Shown one piece after another: positions 63,635-64,000 of a DNA stretch of 64,000 nt. Both the position numbers and the translations under genes were made by a program. Numbering within the stretch: position 1 is the stretch's first letter; the number at the start of each line of letters is the position of its first letter. Source of the stretch: Utricularia gibba (lineage: Eukaryota > Plantae > Magnoliophyta); NCBI GenBank assembly GCA_002189035.1, contig NEEC01000021.1:868001-932000 (forward strand). Direction: 5' to 3'. The notes beneath the pieces were generated by a model. It saw only the letters and a list, made by a program, of their open reading frames with translations, was not told the DNA's origin and made no database searches.

Positions 63635-64000
63635 ATGTCTAATGCCACCGTCGTTCCGTTCGATCGGGCGCACCAGACGATCATCTGCTACGCTCCCAAG
63701 TACATATCTACCAGAGGCGTATGGCAGGGGGACAACCCTTTGGATTTCGCGTTGCCCACCATTCTTCTGCAACTCATTCTCATTATTTTCATCACCCGCA
63801 TCCTCGTCTACCTGATGAAGCCCCTCCGGCAGCCCCGCGTCGTTCCCGAGATTCTGGTAAGAGAAATTATGATGATGAGCGATTGGAATGGGATGCCTGA
63901 ATGCTGTCCTGAGTTTGGTTGTGTGATGGGTGACAGGGAGGAATCATCTTGGGGCCGTCGGTGCTGGGGAGGAGCATCGTCTTCGCAGATGCGGTGTTTC
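63635..64000 (+). CDS. Cation/H+ antiporter (CHX15-like), 5' part, truncated by window end
   Basis: MSNATVVPFDRAHQTIICYAPKYISTRGVWQGDNPLDFALPTILLQLILIIFITRILVYLMKPLRQPRVVPEIL, then a GT-AG intron, then GGIILGPSVLGRS. Confidence 0.92.
   Translation, partial: MSNATVVPFDRAHQTIICYAPKYISTRGVWQGDNPLDFALPTILLQLILIIFITRILVYLMKPLRQPRVVPEILVREIMMMSDWNGMPECCPEFGCVMGDREESSWGRRCWGGASSSQMRCF

Noticed and set aside
1-64000. rRNA, tRNA, known conserved miRNA hairpins, organellar insertions, CRISPR arrays
   Set aside because: I saw no matching sequence by eye. An Infernal/Rfam and tRNAscan run would be needed to exclude them formally.

Overview
Gene-dense nuclear DNA from a flowering plant (eudicot; species not determinable from sequence). 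It contains about 18 recognisable intron-containing or intronless protein genes. In order: RAD51B (3' end), an uncharacterised 'RKSLAWD-AFFT' protein, mitochondrial ATP synthase d, a glycine-rich At2g43630/At3g59640-family protein, TMEM209/PNET1-like, ARF4, RPL12, S40/DUF584, DTX48-like MATE, GATA26/27-like, MYBS3/KUA1-like, FAD monooxygenase, ARMC7-like, oleosin, organellar Asn-tRNA ligase, HAS1-like DEAD-box helicase, aspartyl protease, and the start of a CHX antiporter. Transposon-derived features are a solo LTR with a perfect 5-bp TSD, a Mutator-type foldback MITE with a perfect 10-bp TSD, and two related Tourist-like MITEs. Other notable sequence features are a U12-type AT-AC intron, a GC-AG intron, two tasiR-ARF target sites in ARF4, a 4x105-bp Cys-containing coding repeat, and several spliced or promoter-bearing units with no recognisable protein. 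Five otherwise intact genes carry frameshifts, all repairable by adding single bases (eight in total), nearly all to short G/C runs. This points to long-read consensus error rather than pseudogenisation, so frame-based conclusions are tentative. I found no rRNA, tRNA or CRISPR array and no clearly novel multi-gene system. Gene names come from recalled protein similarity, not from database searches.
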